Of a DNA stretch of 64,000 nt, positions 51,074-64,000 are shown piece after piece (the stretch's first letter is position 1; each line of letters begins with the position of its first letter). The notes beneath the pieces were generated by a model that was not told the DNA's origin, did not search any database, and saw nothing but the letters and a program-made list of their open reading frames with translations. The position numbers were made by a program, and so were the translations under genes. The DNA is from Takakia lepidozioides. Lineage: Eukaryota > Plantae > Bryophyta. The DNA lies in contig CM060733.1 of NCBI GenBank assembly GCA_030704615.1, forward strand, positions 27,032,001 through 27,096,000. Reading direction: 5' to 3'.

Positions 51074-53900
51074 TAAAGTCACAAGTACCCCTATAGGCTT
51101 TCCTGTATTTTCTTTTTCTCCACATGCTGTGAAGCAGGTTGGTACCAAGTGGTGGTCGGATGATATAGAGTAATCCGGATATCAATCCGGATACCAGTAG
51201 ATCCGGATCCTACAGCTATTTGATATCCGACCAAGGGTCTGGCCGCACAGGGGGTTGGGAGCCGGAGTCGGCCAGCTAACCCCCACTTCCCGCTTAACGG
51301 GGGCCGCAGAGAGAATCTCCGTCGCGTAAAATACGGATCCTGTCGGGGGCATGTCGCGGATAATTTTATCGGAAATTTCGTTAGAATCGGGGGTTACCAA
51401 CTGTACAGTTGGAGGTCCGTTTGCGGGAAATATCAAACTATCTGGATGAAAGTCGAACGCTCCGAGTTCTTCTATCATCGTGGGAACTTGGCACAGGGAA
51501 CGTTGGGGCGGAGAGGAAGGCACATCGGCTTAGTGCTGACGCTTCGCAAGACTGCGAGCATCCGGATATGGGAGCTGGAGCTTGCAACAATGGAGTGGAT
51601 AGAGGTTCACAAACTTCCTAGTGCGTCGAATTTTTGGAGCCTTTGTCACCTTTCACGCTGTGTGTCTGTTTGCGCCTTAGTGATCTGGTTTGTCTAATGA
51701 TCAACTGCTGTTGCTGCTGCTGCTGTATCGAGCAGTTGCCACAAATTGGCATGCTATACATGAGAGACAGAATGTACTCATAAAACGTTTGCTGTGGGTT
51801 GTGGCCATAGCCCCGCGTCCAGTTTGGACCGAACAAGGGGGAACATACAGTACATACCTTTGTGAGGGGCTTGCTCCAGCAGTGGGACGTACCTGAAATG
51901 TAGAGAGAGAGATGGAGGGAGAGCTCATTCAATTCTGGTGCATGCACTAAATGGAAAAACCCAGGGACTTCCAAGAATAGTGAATGTGGATTTTTGTGGT
52001 TTCAACTAACTTTTTCTCTATTGAAGGATGTTCTGAGCTTCAGGAATATAGTCGGGGTTGCGAAAATATGTCTTACTCATTTTCCAAGTGCATGACTTCA
52101 ACTGATGAAATGTAGGCTGTGCATACTGCGTGGGAAAATATAGGTCTTAAGATCTTGGAAGTGGGCTCCTTCACTTGTGAGGCTTTTGTCCTTTGATGAT
52201 CAGTATGCAGAGCTGTCAGCTGGGTTTCTTCTGTAAGTAGACACTATTGATCAGCTGGCCCAAACTCGTTGGGTAATTTCCTTGTGCATGTCAAAAGTAC
52301 ATTTTTGTAGTTGATCTGCATAAGGATCTAACACAGGCTTTACCTGTAAATTCTTCAGCATGAAGGGATGCTCTTCAAACCTCCAGCCTTGTAGAGAACA
52401 CGACGGGGTGATCTTGTTCAGAGGAATTCCAGTGTAAGTGGCCACCTCCTGTGAGAGGTGGCTCTTTGTGTGTGAAAATTGTTCTGGGCTGCATGACTCT
52501 CTTTTTGCAAGGCTTGTTTAAAATCTATAATCCTCTTGGCATTGTCTCATGTTGCTTCAACACTGCTGTGTATGTCCCAAGTGCCACCTGTCGTACCTTC
52601 CCCTGCGTACAGTGTTCTTGATCTTGGTTCCACATGCTAAGGGACCCCATTTCATAATTGAAAGCATGTGATTGGAATTTGCCATGTGTGCTTCACACAG
52701 AATTATTTCAATACTGTCCATTAGTGGGGTTAGGAATGCTCCTTGATGCAGTTGAGACCATTTTTTTGTTCAGTAGATATCAAAGAATGAATGAAGTGGT
52801 GCTTGAAGTTTTCTCATTTGCTTCATGACACGCCAAGACTTTCACCCGGAGTTCTTTGCTGGAGCACCCTGACGAGTAGTTCTTTAGTTCTTGTCTTGCG
52901 CTAGATATCTGGATGTGCGAAGTTCCTTTTGTACAAGTTACTTGGTAGCTTCTCTTTCTCAGGGTCTCATGCTATGGTAACAGGACCCGATTGGTGGGGA
53001 AATCTTTTCTCTATGCGGCTGTTTTCCTACTCTTCCTAGACCCTCGAATCTGTGACTTATATGATTATGTATTTGTTAGGAACAACTGGGTTCTTTGCGT
53101 TCTTGTCTCAAGTGCCAGTCTCTGTGTAGGTTCTGTTAGACAGTCTTATACCATACTTCCAAAGCAATCTATGTGTGAAGGAAAGCAAGGGAAGGGTAGG
53201 GAGAAAGTGCACATGTTTTGCCACACTTGATTTTGGATTTGCAGTTTTGGTATGATGTGTTACTTTGTTTCAGTCTGTTCTCACTCCAATGTGCATAAGT
53301 GCTTCTGCAATTTTCTAGAAATCATGTTTATGGATCCATCTCAGAAGATGGGGAATCAGTCAATACCTGGTTGTTTCTAGTTGGCTCCATCAGTCCCCTC
53401 TCTGTAATTTGGTTGGGAGATATTGCGTTCAGCTGTACTTTGAGGAGGGTAACATATGCCATTTGCGACCGTGTGGTGTTACCTACTTTGAGTAGCACGC
53501 TGTAACATGTTAGTCTTTGAACATTATGAGCTGGTGTGTGATTGAAAGTTGTCGATCTGTGTTGGGACTACTGATTTCCACTTGAGTTAATTCCTTTGTT
53601 CCCCTGCCAAGTGAAGTAACTCTCAAATAAGATTGGTTAGGGTAAAAATAGAGTATCTCTTACGTGTGTCTTTGTAACCCCGGAAACCTGGAAATTTTTG
53701 GTACACCAGGCACAATTGAAGGGAAAATAGAATTAGATCACGAAGGCTAAAAATGAACTGTGAAGCCCTGTGTAGATCCTCTCTCCCTTTGGTATATTTG
53801 GGAAGTTAATTCTATGAGCAAGGGATGTCAATGGTCGTTTCACAAGGTGGGCAACTAAACTAACATCTGCTGCCTGCATGTGCAGTTATATTGTTCAGCG

Positions 53901-54730
53901 ATGGAGGATGTGGAGGGCGTCAAAATGCCTACACCGAGTCCTAGCTTCCGGACTCCAGCGACATATTTGAGGAGACCCTTGCTCCTGACGTGGGTGCCTT
54001 TAGTCAACCAGCTGCCTCCAATGCAGGGACAGGAAGAGGAGGAGCTCCAGCTCGTGGTCATGGGAGGCGGGGGGGAGAGCTGGCCGAGCTGCACCGCAAG
54101 CAAAAGTCCGAGGACCGAATTGGACAGAAGCAGAAGCCCTCATTCTTATAAAGCAAAAACGGTTGGAGTACGAGGACCGCCACCACCCAAACACAGCCAC
54201 CAGCGAAAAATTCGTCTATGGCAAAGATGCCTGGAGGAGCATAATGGAGGGGTGTCATGGAGTTGCAGAATTCAGACCAAGGGATGTGGAGCAAATTAGC
54301 AACAAATGGGACACAGTGCAGAAGCAATTCAAAAAATTGAAAGATTACTTGAGCTCCAGCGGAGCTAGTCCGTGGTGGGGGCTGTCAAGGCGGAAAAGGT
54401 CGAAATTGCGAGGACCAGAAGACTCCTTCTTGAATTTTCTGAGGCCATGTACAATGCAATGGACCCGTGGTTTGGGAAGAGGACAATATTTTCTACAACA
54501 ATGCACACAGTTGTTGACACCGATCGGAGGGCTTCCAACACCCAACAACGATTTGGACGTGCAGACACCTCTTCTTTTGTAGGCACAGCCACCCCTGTTG
54601 GTACTGGTACACAACCATCCAGCACCCCTACTGTCTCGGAGACAACCACTAAGTCCTCGAGTGCACCGCAGCAGATACCTACAACCTCCACTCCTGGCGA
54701 TGGCACACCAGGTTCTAGTGGACGGAAATG
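53901..54730 (+). pseudogene. Trihelix Myb/SANT DNA-binding protein gene (possibly Harbinger-derived), frameshifted and truncated
   Basis: NWTEAEALILIKQKR..DAWRSIME..EQISNKWDTVQKQFKKLKDY..PWWGLS, then a frameshift, then FSEAMYNAMD. Confidence 0.7.
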
Positions 54731-56488
54731 AAGGTTCTGTAAAATGGGCCATTTCATTCCCACCAAGGAGACGGTAACGGCACAGGAGACCGGGCGACTT
54801 TACTTCGCCCACGTCTTCAAGCATCATGGACTCCTGAAGGATATTGTCTCGGACCGCGATCCAAAGTTTACAAGTAAATTTGGAGGGCACTCTGGAAGAA
54901 CATGGGGACGAGGCTCAAGATAAGCACCGCCTTCCGACCTACGACGGACGGCCAAACGGAAAGGGTGAATTCCGTGGTGAAGCAGATCTTGCGAAATTAC
55001 GTGGCGGCAGACCAATCGGACTGGGTGGAGCACTTGGACGAGGCAGAGTTCTATTATAATAACACAAAACACTCCGCAACGGGAGTTTCCCCTTTCGTAT
55101 TGGTCTATGGAAAAGCACCTCTGGTGCCGACAAGTTGGGCCGCCCAAGACGTTGAGGAACCGACAGCAGGAGCGGTGCTGGAAGAACGCGAGCGTTTGTT
55201 GAAGCTCACAAAGTACAACATTGCGAAAGCTAGGAAACGGTATGAACGGCAGACGAATCAGAAGAAGGGAAGTTAAGTTTGAGGCAAGCACGGAGGTCTA
55301 GTTGAACATCAAGAATTTCCGACTACCTCCGGAAGTGAGTCCGAAGTTTGTACCTCCATATGCGGGACCCTTCCAGAAGGTTATGAATGAGGATGTGTAT
55401 GAATTGGAGCTGCCGGCAAACAGCAAGGTGCATTCGGTATTCCACGTTTCCTTTTGAAGCCTTACTTCAAAAATGAAGCGCGTCCGAATCGGCATCAAGT
55501 GTTGCGTCCACCACATGTGATATTGGATCATGAAAATGAACCTGAGTACGAGGTGGAGGCAGTGTTTAAGTCGAGGAGGTTCAAGAATCGAGAAACAGAG
55601 TATCTTGTGAAATGGAAGGACTATCATCATGTGGAGGCATCTTGGGTGCGTGCCTCAGAAATGGGAAACGCATCCGGGGCGGTTGCAGTTTTCGAAGGGC
55701 GACCTCAAAAGCGGAAGAAGCGTTGATGGGGACATCAACCTTGGATCGTGGGGGAGGAAATGCATGCTTAGCCCGACTTAGCTAGCTCATGAATCCGATT
55801 GCAAAAACTTGTATTGTACAGATTTTGTTATAAATGAAATGGTTTCCAAATGTTGTGCGTCCTATTTTCTTTGGAATGGTGATGCATGGTATGGTTGGCT
55901 AATGGGTAGAATGCATGCTAGCTTACAAAAGTGGGAGAGGTAAATTGGATTAATCGTGTGTTTGCGTAGTGCCAAAATCGGGTGACTCCCATCCAAAGGG
56001 CAAAGAAACTTGCGCCCTCTTTGGGAGTTCACATGCTAGTGCGCAGCGTATGGACGTATTATAACTGCGCTACCGTGGGGGTTGCCTTGTAGTGCGGGCT
56101 AACGCGGAAGCTACGTGCTTCCGTTCACGTACTATAATCGTGTAGCCTCGAGACAAAGTCGTAGTGCGGCTTCGGCGTGTTCCCGTACCTCAGGCCAGCA
56201 TTCCAAGGTGGACCCAATTGTAGTGATTGGGGCGCACGGTTGGTTCAAGGTTATTTTCCTAGTAAAAAAAAGGGTTCAAGGTGAACCCTTGCTCAAGGTG
56301 ATGCCAAAAGCGGCATCATTAGTGGTCGCAAGCAATGTTGTTGCAGTAAGGTGATTCGATCCTTGGGAAGGATCGTTCCTTGGCCTTGAAGTGGGCCAAG
56401 AAGAGTGCACTGGGAGGAGTTTGAGAAGCTTCACCCTTGGCCGGGACTTGGAGGAAGTCGGCCGAATTAGCTAGTGGAGAGTAGAGTC
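54731..56488 (+). mobile_element. Chromovirus 3' part: integrase core/C-terminus, chromodomain, PPT and putative LTR
   Basis: KMGHFIPT, IVSDRDPKFTSKF, STAFRPTTDGQTERVN, VHSVFHVS and chromodomain YEVEAV..YLVKWKDY..ASW. PPT GTGGGGGAGGAAA is followed by TG at 55761. The LTR end is uncertain. Confidence 0.88.
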
Positions 56489-56628
56489 AAGTGGGGGTTT
56501 GGTTCGTTGTCATGGGACGCCATGGTATGGAAACAAACTCCTTGATGTGGGACGCCACAACTTGGATGTTCATTTCTACAAAATGGACAAGTCGATGAGG
56601 ACATCGACTCTTTTTTGATAGGGGTGTG

Positions 56629-57030
56629 TGTCGCGGCCCTTTTGTCTTGAGGGTAGGGGGTCGGGACACAGAGGGCTTACCCCTGTGATGGGGGCGGTGG
56701 CAGCAATAGGTACGGGGGGCTGAAGCACCTTTGAGTGCCCAAGGCACTCAAGGAGGCGGAGACGCTCACTAGGTGGAGCCCCGCACACCGGGTTGTGGTG
56801 GGGGGTGGCTCCACAAGGGGTGGTGGTAGCTTAGTGGGACTTAATGGAGGTGGCATAGGACTCACCATGGGGCGGAGACCTTGTGGTGGGAAGTCGTGGG
56901 GAGTCTTGGGACTCATCACGGTCCAATGGGGTCGTGGTGGGTGGGCCAAGACTCACCGCGACGAGGGTCTTCGTGGTGGTTCGCCATAGAATGGCAGGGT
57001 TGTTTGTGAAACCCCCGCAGATAGTCACAG
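56629..57030 (+). mobile_element. Truncated LTR (first ~400 bp) of the TGTCGC family, preceded by a PPT-like tract
   Basis: Reverse complement of ~60010-60425 and direct copy of 13178-13508. Confidence 0.85.
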
Positions 57031-57031
57031 T

Positions 57032-60000
57032 GATTGCATCGAATTTAGTATAGCAGTCATGAAATCCATCGAGACACTTTCCCAAGACCCCTCTGGAATC
57101 GGCAAGGGTTGTAACAGCCCCGCTTGCTTTTTATACTCGCTCCAGTTTTGTTGGCATGTGGTGCATATCTTGACATACTCCTCGGCCTCCTCCCTCAGTT
57201 TGGGCCAGAAATACTCTTTCTTCAAGAGTGTCGCGGTGTGCTTGGCTCCGCCGTGGTCCGCAAGCGGGCCATCATGGCATTCTCTCAAGAGACTATCTCT
57301 GATCCCTTCCTTCGGCACATAGAGACGCTTTTGCTTGTACTGGAGCAGTCCATTTTGCAAGTGAAACTGCGATTTAACCCCCATCCTTAAGTCCCGCATC
57401 ACGGACTTCGCCATCTTATCCTTCTGGTAAGCCTTCCGGATCTTTCTTTGGAGCGTCGTCTCGCCCCTGTACACCAACATGAGCTGCTGCTTTCTACTTA
57501 AGACATTGGCCACCACATTGTCCCGTCCCGGTTTGTACTGCATATCCACGTCAAACACCGCCAAAGTGTCTTGCCACCTAAGTTGTTTTGGGGACAACTT
57601 AGGCTACGTAGCAAAATACTTCACCGTGACATTGTCCGTGAAAATCTTCACCGGGTTGGAACCAATATAGTGGCGCCAAAGCTCAAGGCAATGCATCACC
57701 GCCTTTATCTCTGTCTCGTGTGTTGGCCACCGTCGCTCCACATCATTCAGTTTTTTACTTTCGTAAGTCGCAGGACGTCCATTTTGCATAAGTACACAAC
57801 AATCGCGAAGTCCGACGCATCTGTATGAATCTCAAACGGACGGTCGAACTCCGGGATTTTCAAGACTGGAGCTTCTGCCATCTGCTGCTTCAAGTCGACA
57901 AAAGCTTGGCCACAAAAGGTGTTCCATACCCATACCTTGGTTCTCCCTTACGCACGTTCTGCCTTACGTAAAGGGAAAACTGGGGCTCGTGTGGCTCCTT
58001 TACGGCCCACTCCCTTGCTGACAGAAGGTTTATTCGCCCTCCCACGGGTTTGGGCGTTTCCGACACATAAAACTTTGCCACCATTCCCACACGGCAGCGT
58101 GACTACTCTCTTGCGGCCATCTATGACCGCTCCGGATTTGCTCAAAAAGGTCATCCCAAAATGAGATCCACTCCATCGATCTCGCAAATGGTGAGGTTCT
58201 CACGTCCCTCCCAACTCCCCAGTTGAAGAGGAACAACAAACGCCAACCTCGTCGCCAATTGTGGTTCTCCTTTGGCAGAACGCACCTCAATAGAGGCCCC
58301 ACGTCACTTGTCGGGAGCCCCAGCTTTCGTACCGTTGCCGGTGTCATGAAGGAGTGCGATGCTCATGTGTCCACCAACAACGACACGTTATTTCCGGAAA
58401 TTATCCCATCCACGAACATTAACTGACTTCCTTTACGCAAGGCGTCAGTTTCCTGATACAACTCACAAGAGTAGTTGCCTACCTTGCAAATCTTGGCGAC
58501 CACCGCCTCCACCAAGCGGCTGATTGAATCTTCAGACAGCTCCGTGGCCGTCCGAGTCATGTTCAATTGTCGGGGTTTCGTGCACTTCTTGGCCATGTGC
58601 CCGGGCTCCCCGCAATTGAAGCACACTCCATCGAAGGTCACCTTCTGTCCGCCATAAGCCGCCGCACCTGCTTTTCCTTTCGGAGCACCGGATGCCGCCT
58701 TGACGTGTGAAGGCCCTCCCTTCGATTTCCACGTGCCATTGTCGTCATGTGGCATATCCCACTTCTTTTCCGGTCGGAAGGAGTCACCTTCCCGTCGGGC
58801 CTTCTTGTGGTTCAGCTCCGTACGGCCTTGTTTTTCGCCCCTAGGGACATCCGAGAAACATTCAGCCCTCTCAATTGCCTCGTTCAAAGTCTTAGGTGGC
58901 TTCTCCTCCAACTTCCGCCTGGCCCATGGGGCTAGTCCCGCTACAAAGTTGAAGACCATTTCTGGTTCTGCCATGTCCGCGACTTCGAGCAACAACACAT
59001 TGAAAGCCTGAACATATCCCCGAATGTCATTCGTTTGCTTCAAATTTCTCATCTTGTCCTGGGCGAGCCAGGACGCGTTGAGGGGCACAAACTGTCTCTT
59101 TATAAGTTCCTTGAACCCACTCCAGTTCAAGGTTTCCGGGTTTGGACCTCGGTCGTGAAGGCGTTTCTGCCACCATTGTTGAGCATAGCCCCTCAAATAG
59201 GTGGGAGCCACTTCCACCCGATCCTCGTCACTCAATTTGGCCGCCCGGAAATACTGCTCTAGCTCCATGAGCCAGGTGTTGAGTGCCTTCTGATTTCGGA
59301 CGCCCTCGAAGGTGTCGGGTTCCTTAGACTTCACCTTAAACTTTGCCTTAGTGGAAGTGGCATTAGTTGCCTTCAACACGTCTTTCAATGTCCCGCCAAA
59401 CTGCGCCAACAACCCTTTCCAAAAGGCTGCTGGCATGGGAGACATCTGTTGGTCTGTCGGAGCTCTCAGGGATTCCTCGGGCTCCGCCTCCTCAGATTCC
59501 TCCCGTTCTTGAGTGGCCTCGTTTTCAAAAGCATGCATCGCTTTCTCTAATGGCCGCTTTGGTGACATGTCGCTCCCATCGGGCTCACCAAGATCATCAT
59601 CTTTCGGGCCGTTCCGCTTTCGCTTTGGCTTGCCCGACCCCATGATGAGGCCGATCCCAAGGATGATCGCGTATTGAACTCTAAGCTATGATACCAGGTG
59701 TCGCGCACCTCACTTCGGTAAGCTCCCCTTCAAGTCATAGTTACTCGCTTTGATGCACGCGCCTAACTCCCAACCTGGCCGCCGGGCCAACTTGGAGCTT
59801 CGGCTACTCACCGGGACATAACGGTTCCCCTTTACTCTTCCAAAAGACCCTCCACCAATTTGGGCCTAGTGGAAATTCCCTTTGGTAGATAGCAGTCCGG
59901 AATAACTCCCCACTCCTTGGTCGCTTTCCGGCTCGCTCGTTTACTCACTAGTTTTTGGTCACCAACGGGCTTGCACCGTTCTCGGGGTTGCTACTTCCTA

Positions 60001-60425
60001 TATATACTTCTGTGACTATCCGCGGGGGTTTCACAAACAACCCTGCCATTTTATGGCGAACCACCACGAAGACCCTCGACTCCCGGTGATGAGTCGCGGT
60101 GAGTCTTGGCCCACCTACCACGGCCCCATTAGACCGTGATGAGTCCCAAGACTCCCCACAACTTCCCACCACAAGGTCTCCGCCCCATGATGAGTCCTAT
60201 GCCACCCCCACTAAGTCCCACTAAGCTACCACCACCCCTTGTGGAGCCACCCCCACCGCAACCCGGTGTGCGGGGCTCCACCTAGTGAGCGCCTCCGCCT
60301 CCTTGAGTTCTTTGGGCACTCAAGGGTGCTTCAGCCCCCCGTACCTATTGCTGCCACCGCCCCCATCACAGGGGTAGCCCCTCTGTGTCCCGACCCCCTG
60401 CCCTCAAGGCAAAAGGGCTGCGACA
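57032..60425 (-). mobile_element. Ty3/gypsy element: 5' LTR 60425-59699, PBS, gag (59643-58363), protease, RT deleted, RNase H, N-terminal integrase
   Basis: LTR with TGTCGC...GCGACA ends and a TATA at ~60000. PBS TGGTATCATAGC (iMet-like). Zinc knuckle CFNCGEPGHMAKKC, protease LVDT*A, RNase H FEIHTDASDF and integrase CHDGPLADHGG..CTTCQ..WESVSMDF. Confidence 0.93.
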
Positions 60426-60536
60426 AGTTTCTTGATATTCATCATAATAACGGCTGAGGTTTGGGTTGAATGATCAGTAATGGCTGTGAATTGTCTGTGG
60501 TGCAGAGATGGAGAGGAGACAGGCAGCTGAGGGGAA

Positions 60537-62950
60537 CTAGTGTGAGGGTAGTGCAATTTGAAAGGCAGGGAGGCTGGTATTGTTTTGTTCACTATTAAGA
60601 TAAGGCATAGCTAGAGAGGAAGGCAGCTCGATGCAAGGTATTTTCCTACGATTTGGTTTGGCAGCCAAGTCTTTGCAACACAACACCCAATATCTTTTGG
60701 GGTTCCTCTTATCCATGTAATAAATGAAACAGGGTTTGGGTGAAAAAAGAACTTGGCCCATTGAGTTAATAGCATCCTCTGCCAGTGTCTCTGCAGCTAT
60801 CCCCGCGTGCTCCATAGGTGTCGTCGTGGGCTCCCTAAGTGCCCCTTCCACAGGGTCAATTGCTTCAGAGAAGGGCTGGCTGACGAACACGTCATTTTTG
60901 CTGTGTGATCCAGATTTGTCCTGCATATTCATTGTTAGTACCCCTAATTCCGCAGAGACGTTGGAGGATGATGAAGAAGATGGATGTATCTGAGGCCCAT
61001 ACAGGTAGTCCCGGGTTCTTTGCAGGTCCCTCTGTGATTGTTCTCGTCGATGTCTGCTTCTACAATAGCCTCCATGATAGAGAAGGCATTAGCCAACGTA
61101 TCTCTATATCTGGGCTTGAGCCTGCTTACCCTTCTTGGCTCTGAAAGAATGCTCTTCTTGACCCAAATTGCTCCATTCGGGGGTGGTACCAAATAAATGT
61201 CCGCCTCTTCCATCAACGCCAAGATATGAACTGCTGGATTGCAACTGAGTCCTGGGAAGTTTTCGAGGAAGGAGTTCCAAAATACTCTGGTGGTGCCTGC
61301 TAGGTTGTACTATGGAAGGAAGGACAAAAGGAAATCTTGACAATTTGCAATGAAGTGTTGAACATCCTGGACCGTTATCCATAGAGAGGCAAAGTCTTCC
61401 CATGCAGCTTCTGTGACAAGTAGGGACATTGGGGGTCCCTTCCTGAACACCAGGGGAGAGATGCACGACGCTTTGGGGGTATCATCGGTGTTGACTTCAG
61501 AGGAGCATTGGAGAGAAAGGCCGGGAAATGATCTGATATCTCTTAGAATTTTTGCTAAGTGGCTAACAATCCCTATGAGAATTGTGGAACCTGATGGTGG
61601 GACGTTGGGGAGGATACTCGAGTCTGCCGGTGGCGGGGTTGGGGAGGGCAGTGCATCCCGTGCTGGAATCCATTTTCCTTTTGAGGTCCACGAAGCCTTT
61701 TTTGCTGCAGCTTCCACCCTCATTGGATCCGAATCCTGTCTTAGGTTTTTGTTGACCTGGACGGATGGGCTAATGGAGCTCACTCCCCCCCTCATGACAC
61801 CGTTTTGACCTTCTTACCTGCATGAGATCTGTCGGATCCCTGGAGATGGGTGGCCCCTTTGGCTGGCTTGGCTGACTTGGCTGATTCCTTCCAAAGAAAT
61901 TTGAGGCCATCCTCGGCGGTGTGATGCCCTGTTGTTGCTTAGGCGGGGGGGTTTGAGAATGGTTCCTGTTCCCATATCTCCTTTTCTTTTCTTCCTTGCA
62001 TTTTGCCTTGATGTGACCCAACCTTCCGTAGTTGAAGCAGGCCTGTGACGATGTCTCTTCTATGAGCCCGATGGTGTAGTAATTACCCAACTCGTCAATG
62101 GGGAGCCTCACATAAGGCGGGAGAGTAGCCGCATTTGGCATCATCAATACAAATTTTGCACTTCCTGAATCATTAAGTCTTGATGCAATGGTGGAGGATC
62201 TCCAAGCAGGGTCATTCCTGATGTTGTCTGGGCACATGAAGGGATCAAACACTCAGAGGCAACCCATATAGTAACCAAAAGTGATTAGCAATATTTGGGA
62301 GGTTGTAAAGGTATTGATCTGGTATGAATGGCACAGATACAATTATGGGCCCCCACAGCTTGCCATTATGGTTGCCCATATTGGATGACCATGGAAAGAT
62401 ATTGATGTTGAACCCAAATAGATGTGGATTAAAATTGAGTGCTTGGGCTGCTGCTGCCTGGGATTCAAAAGCAATCGAAAAGAAGCCCCTTCCCTTTGCG
62501 TGGCAAAAATGTTGTTTGAGCTCTCCTGGCCCTCCCAAGTGGCGAATCACCCAGTCTCGAACTGATTTTCTACTGATCTTTCTTCCAAAGTCTACAAGGA
62601 TTCCTCTTTCTTCCAGGAATTCCACCCTCTTCTGCATGTCAGGTACGTGCATGGAGATGAGATCCCATTCGCCATCCATGGCCTCATGTTCCTCCACATT
62701 TTCCCTGATGAGAAGGCCGTGATCGTCCTGGAGGGGAGTGGTGTCTGCCGCTGGACTGAGATCCGAGGACTGGCATTCATGAACCAGGTGTCATGAGATC
62801 TGAGAAGAGCACGTGGGGGATGGTGGTCTCCTGATGATGGATTGACGCGGTGGGATTGCCTACGCCTGGTGGGCCAGATTAAAGAAGCCCGTACCCGAGG
62901 TTGGCTGCGGGTGGCTGATCAGTGGAGTTCTGGATGGACCTTGACGAGGG
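60537..62950 (-). mobile_element. L1-like LINE ORF1 (DUF4283/RRM-like plus zinc knuckle), degenerate
   Basis: AKGRGFFSIAFES..ALNFNPHLFG..IFPW and QACFNYGRLGHIKAKC, with frameshifts. Confidence 0.65.
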
Positions 62951-64000
62951 CGTTTCCAAGAATTGGAAGAGCGATGCATTTGGGAGGCGTTGAAAGGGCC
63001 CATGCTAAGCTGAAAGGGAGAAGGTAGAAAGAAAAGAGTGAGCTTTAGCTAAGTCTGGCGTGCTTAGAAGAGTTTAGAGGTGGACAGAATAAAAGTGCGG
63101 GAGGGGCTTAGATTGAGTGTGATCGATAGGGAGAGCGGGAAAGGATGTCAGGAAGGCTAGATTCGTCAGCTGAGGGACCCGACCAGGTGGCAGTAACGAA
63201 ATTATATGCCATGAAGTTGACGGCAATTGCAGGCCTTTCAGAATCCCGATACAGATGAATTGTGCCGCTTACTTGCGTGGAAATTAAGAAGGAGAGGTGG
63301 GATGAAGAGGTGATGATGAGAGTTCTGAAAATGAAGGTGAATTGTGACCGATTTGTTACGGGAAAACATAATAAAGTGGAGTTTGAGGATGCTTATGCTT
63401 CCTAGTCCTGGAATCTGTTTGGGATGTTTGTAAGGGACTGGCTAGGTGGTTGAGGTAGAGTCTGGAAGGGACCTTGGGAGAGACGAAGAGAACGTTGGAG
63501 GCTCTTTCTCTCACCGCAAACGGCGGAGCTCCTACATCGCTCCCCCGATTTTATTCGGTTAACTTAGACTTGTGAGCTAGGTTCCCGGTTATGCATAGTA
63601 GAAATTTTTAAAAAATCTGCCGGATATAAATAAGTCCGGATATTCAGATTATAATATCCAGCAGGACTGAACTATATAGAGTCCGGGGGGAGGATGATAG
63701 CCAATCGCAAGCCCCCCCCATGGAAATGCGGCGCCCTAATCCGGATATATGAATTATAATAATATTTTTATTTTATTTTTATTTTGACCTGGCAGCTTAA
63801 TAACACTCGCCTATCGGTAAAATTAAGGTTTCGTCGTTTGGTCCTAATTATTAGGGCCTGATCAGCAGTGGCTCACTAAACTACAGGGTCCCCGAGCACC
63901 GTTGCCCAGGTGGTCATCTGAGCACGGGATTTTCTTCTGCTTCCCACTCTTTGGAAATTGATTCGCGATTACTTAGGGTCACAGCCCCAAGATGTGCTCC

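Noticed and set aside
56629-60425. Novel TIR-bounded retroelement
   Set aside because: There is no TSD, and the left repeat is better explained as the truncated LTR of a second, oppositely oriented copy.

Overview
Eukaryotic land-plant DNA, most likely from a non-seed plant (inferred from a microbial-type terpene synthase, spliceosomal introns, PLS-class PPR fragments and plant TE families). Only three clearly intact enzyme genes are present, and they are consecutive once TEs and pseudogene fragments are set aside. They are a 2-exon BAHD acyltransferase (-, 3605-5354), a 6-exon CYP85-clan cytochrome P450 (-, 40747-44270) and an intronless microbial terpene synthase-like gene (MTPSL; +, 46767-47870) lying head-to-head with the P450. 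This looks like a candidate terpenoid biosynthetic gene cluster (scaffold, oxidation, acylation). A conserved plant protein of unknown function lies at the left end. The rest is TE and pseudogene debris: a complete 5.6-kb CACTA element carrying PPR fragments, Ty3/gypsy (chromovirus and Athila-like) remnants, L1 fragments, a Penelope-like RT fragment, TTAA-flanked piggyBac-like MITEs, and fragments of MCM4, NTMC2T5, an SF1 helicase, a trihelix protein and a possible phage-type ssDNA-binding protein. All family assignments come from motif recognition by eye; no searches were run.
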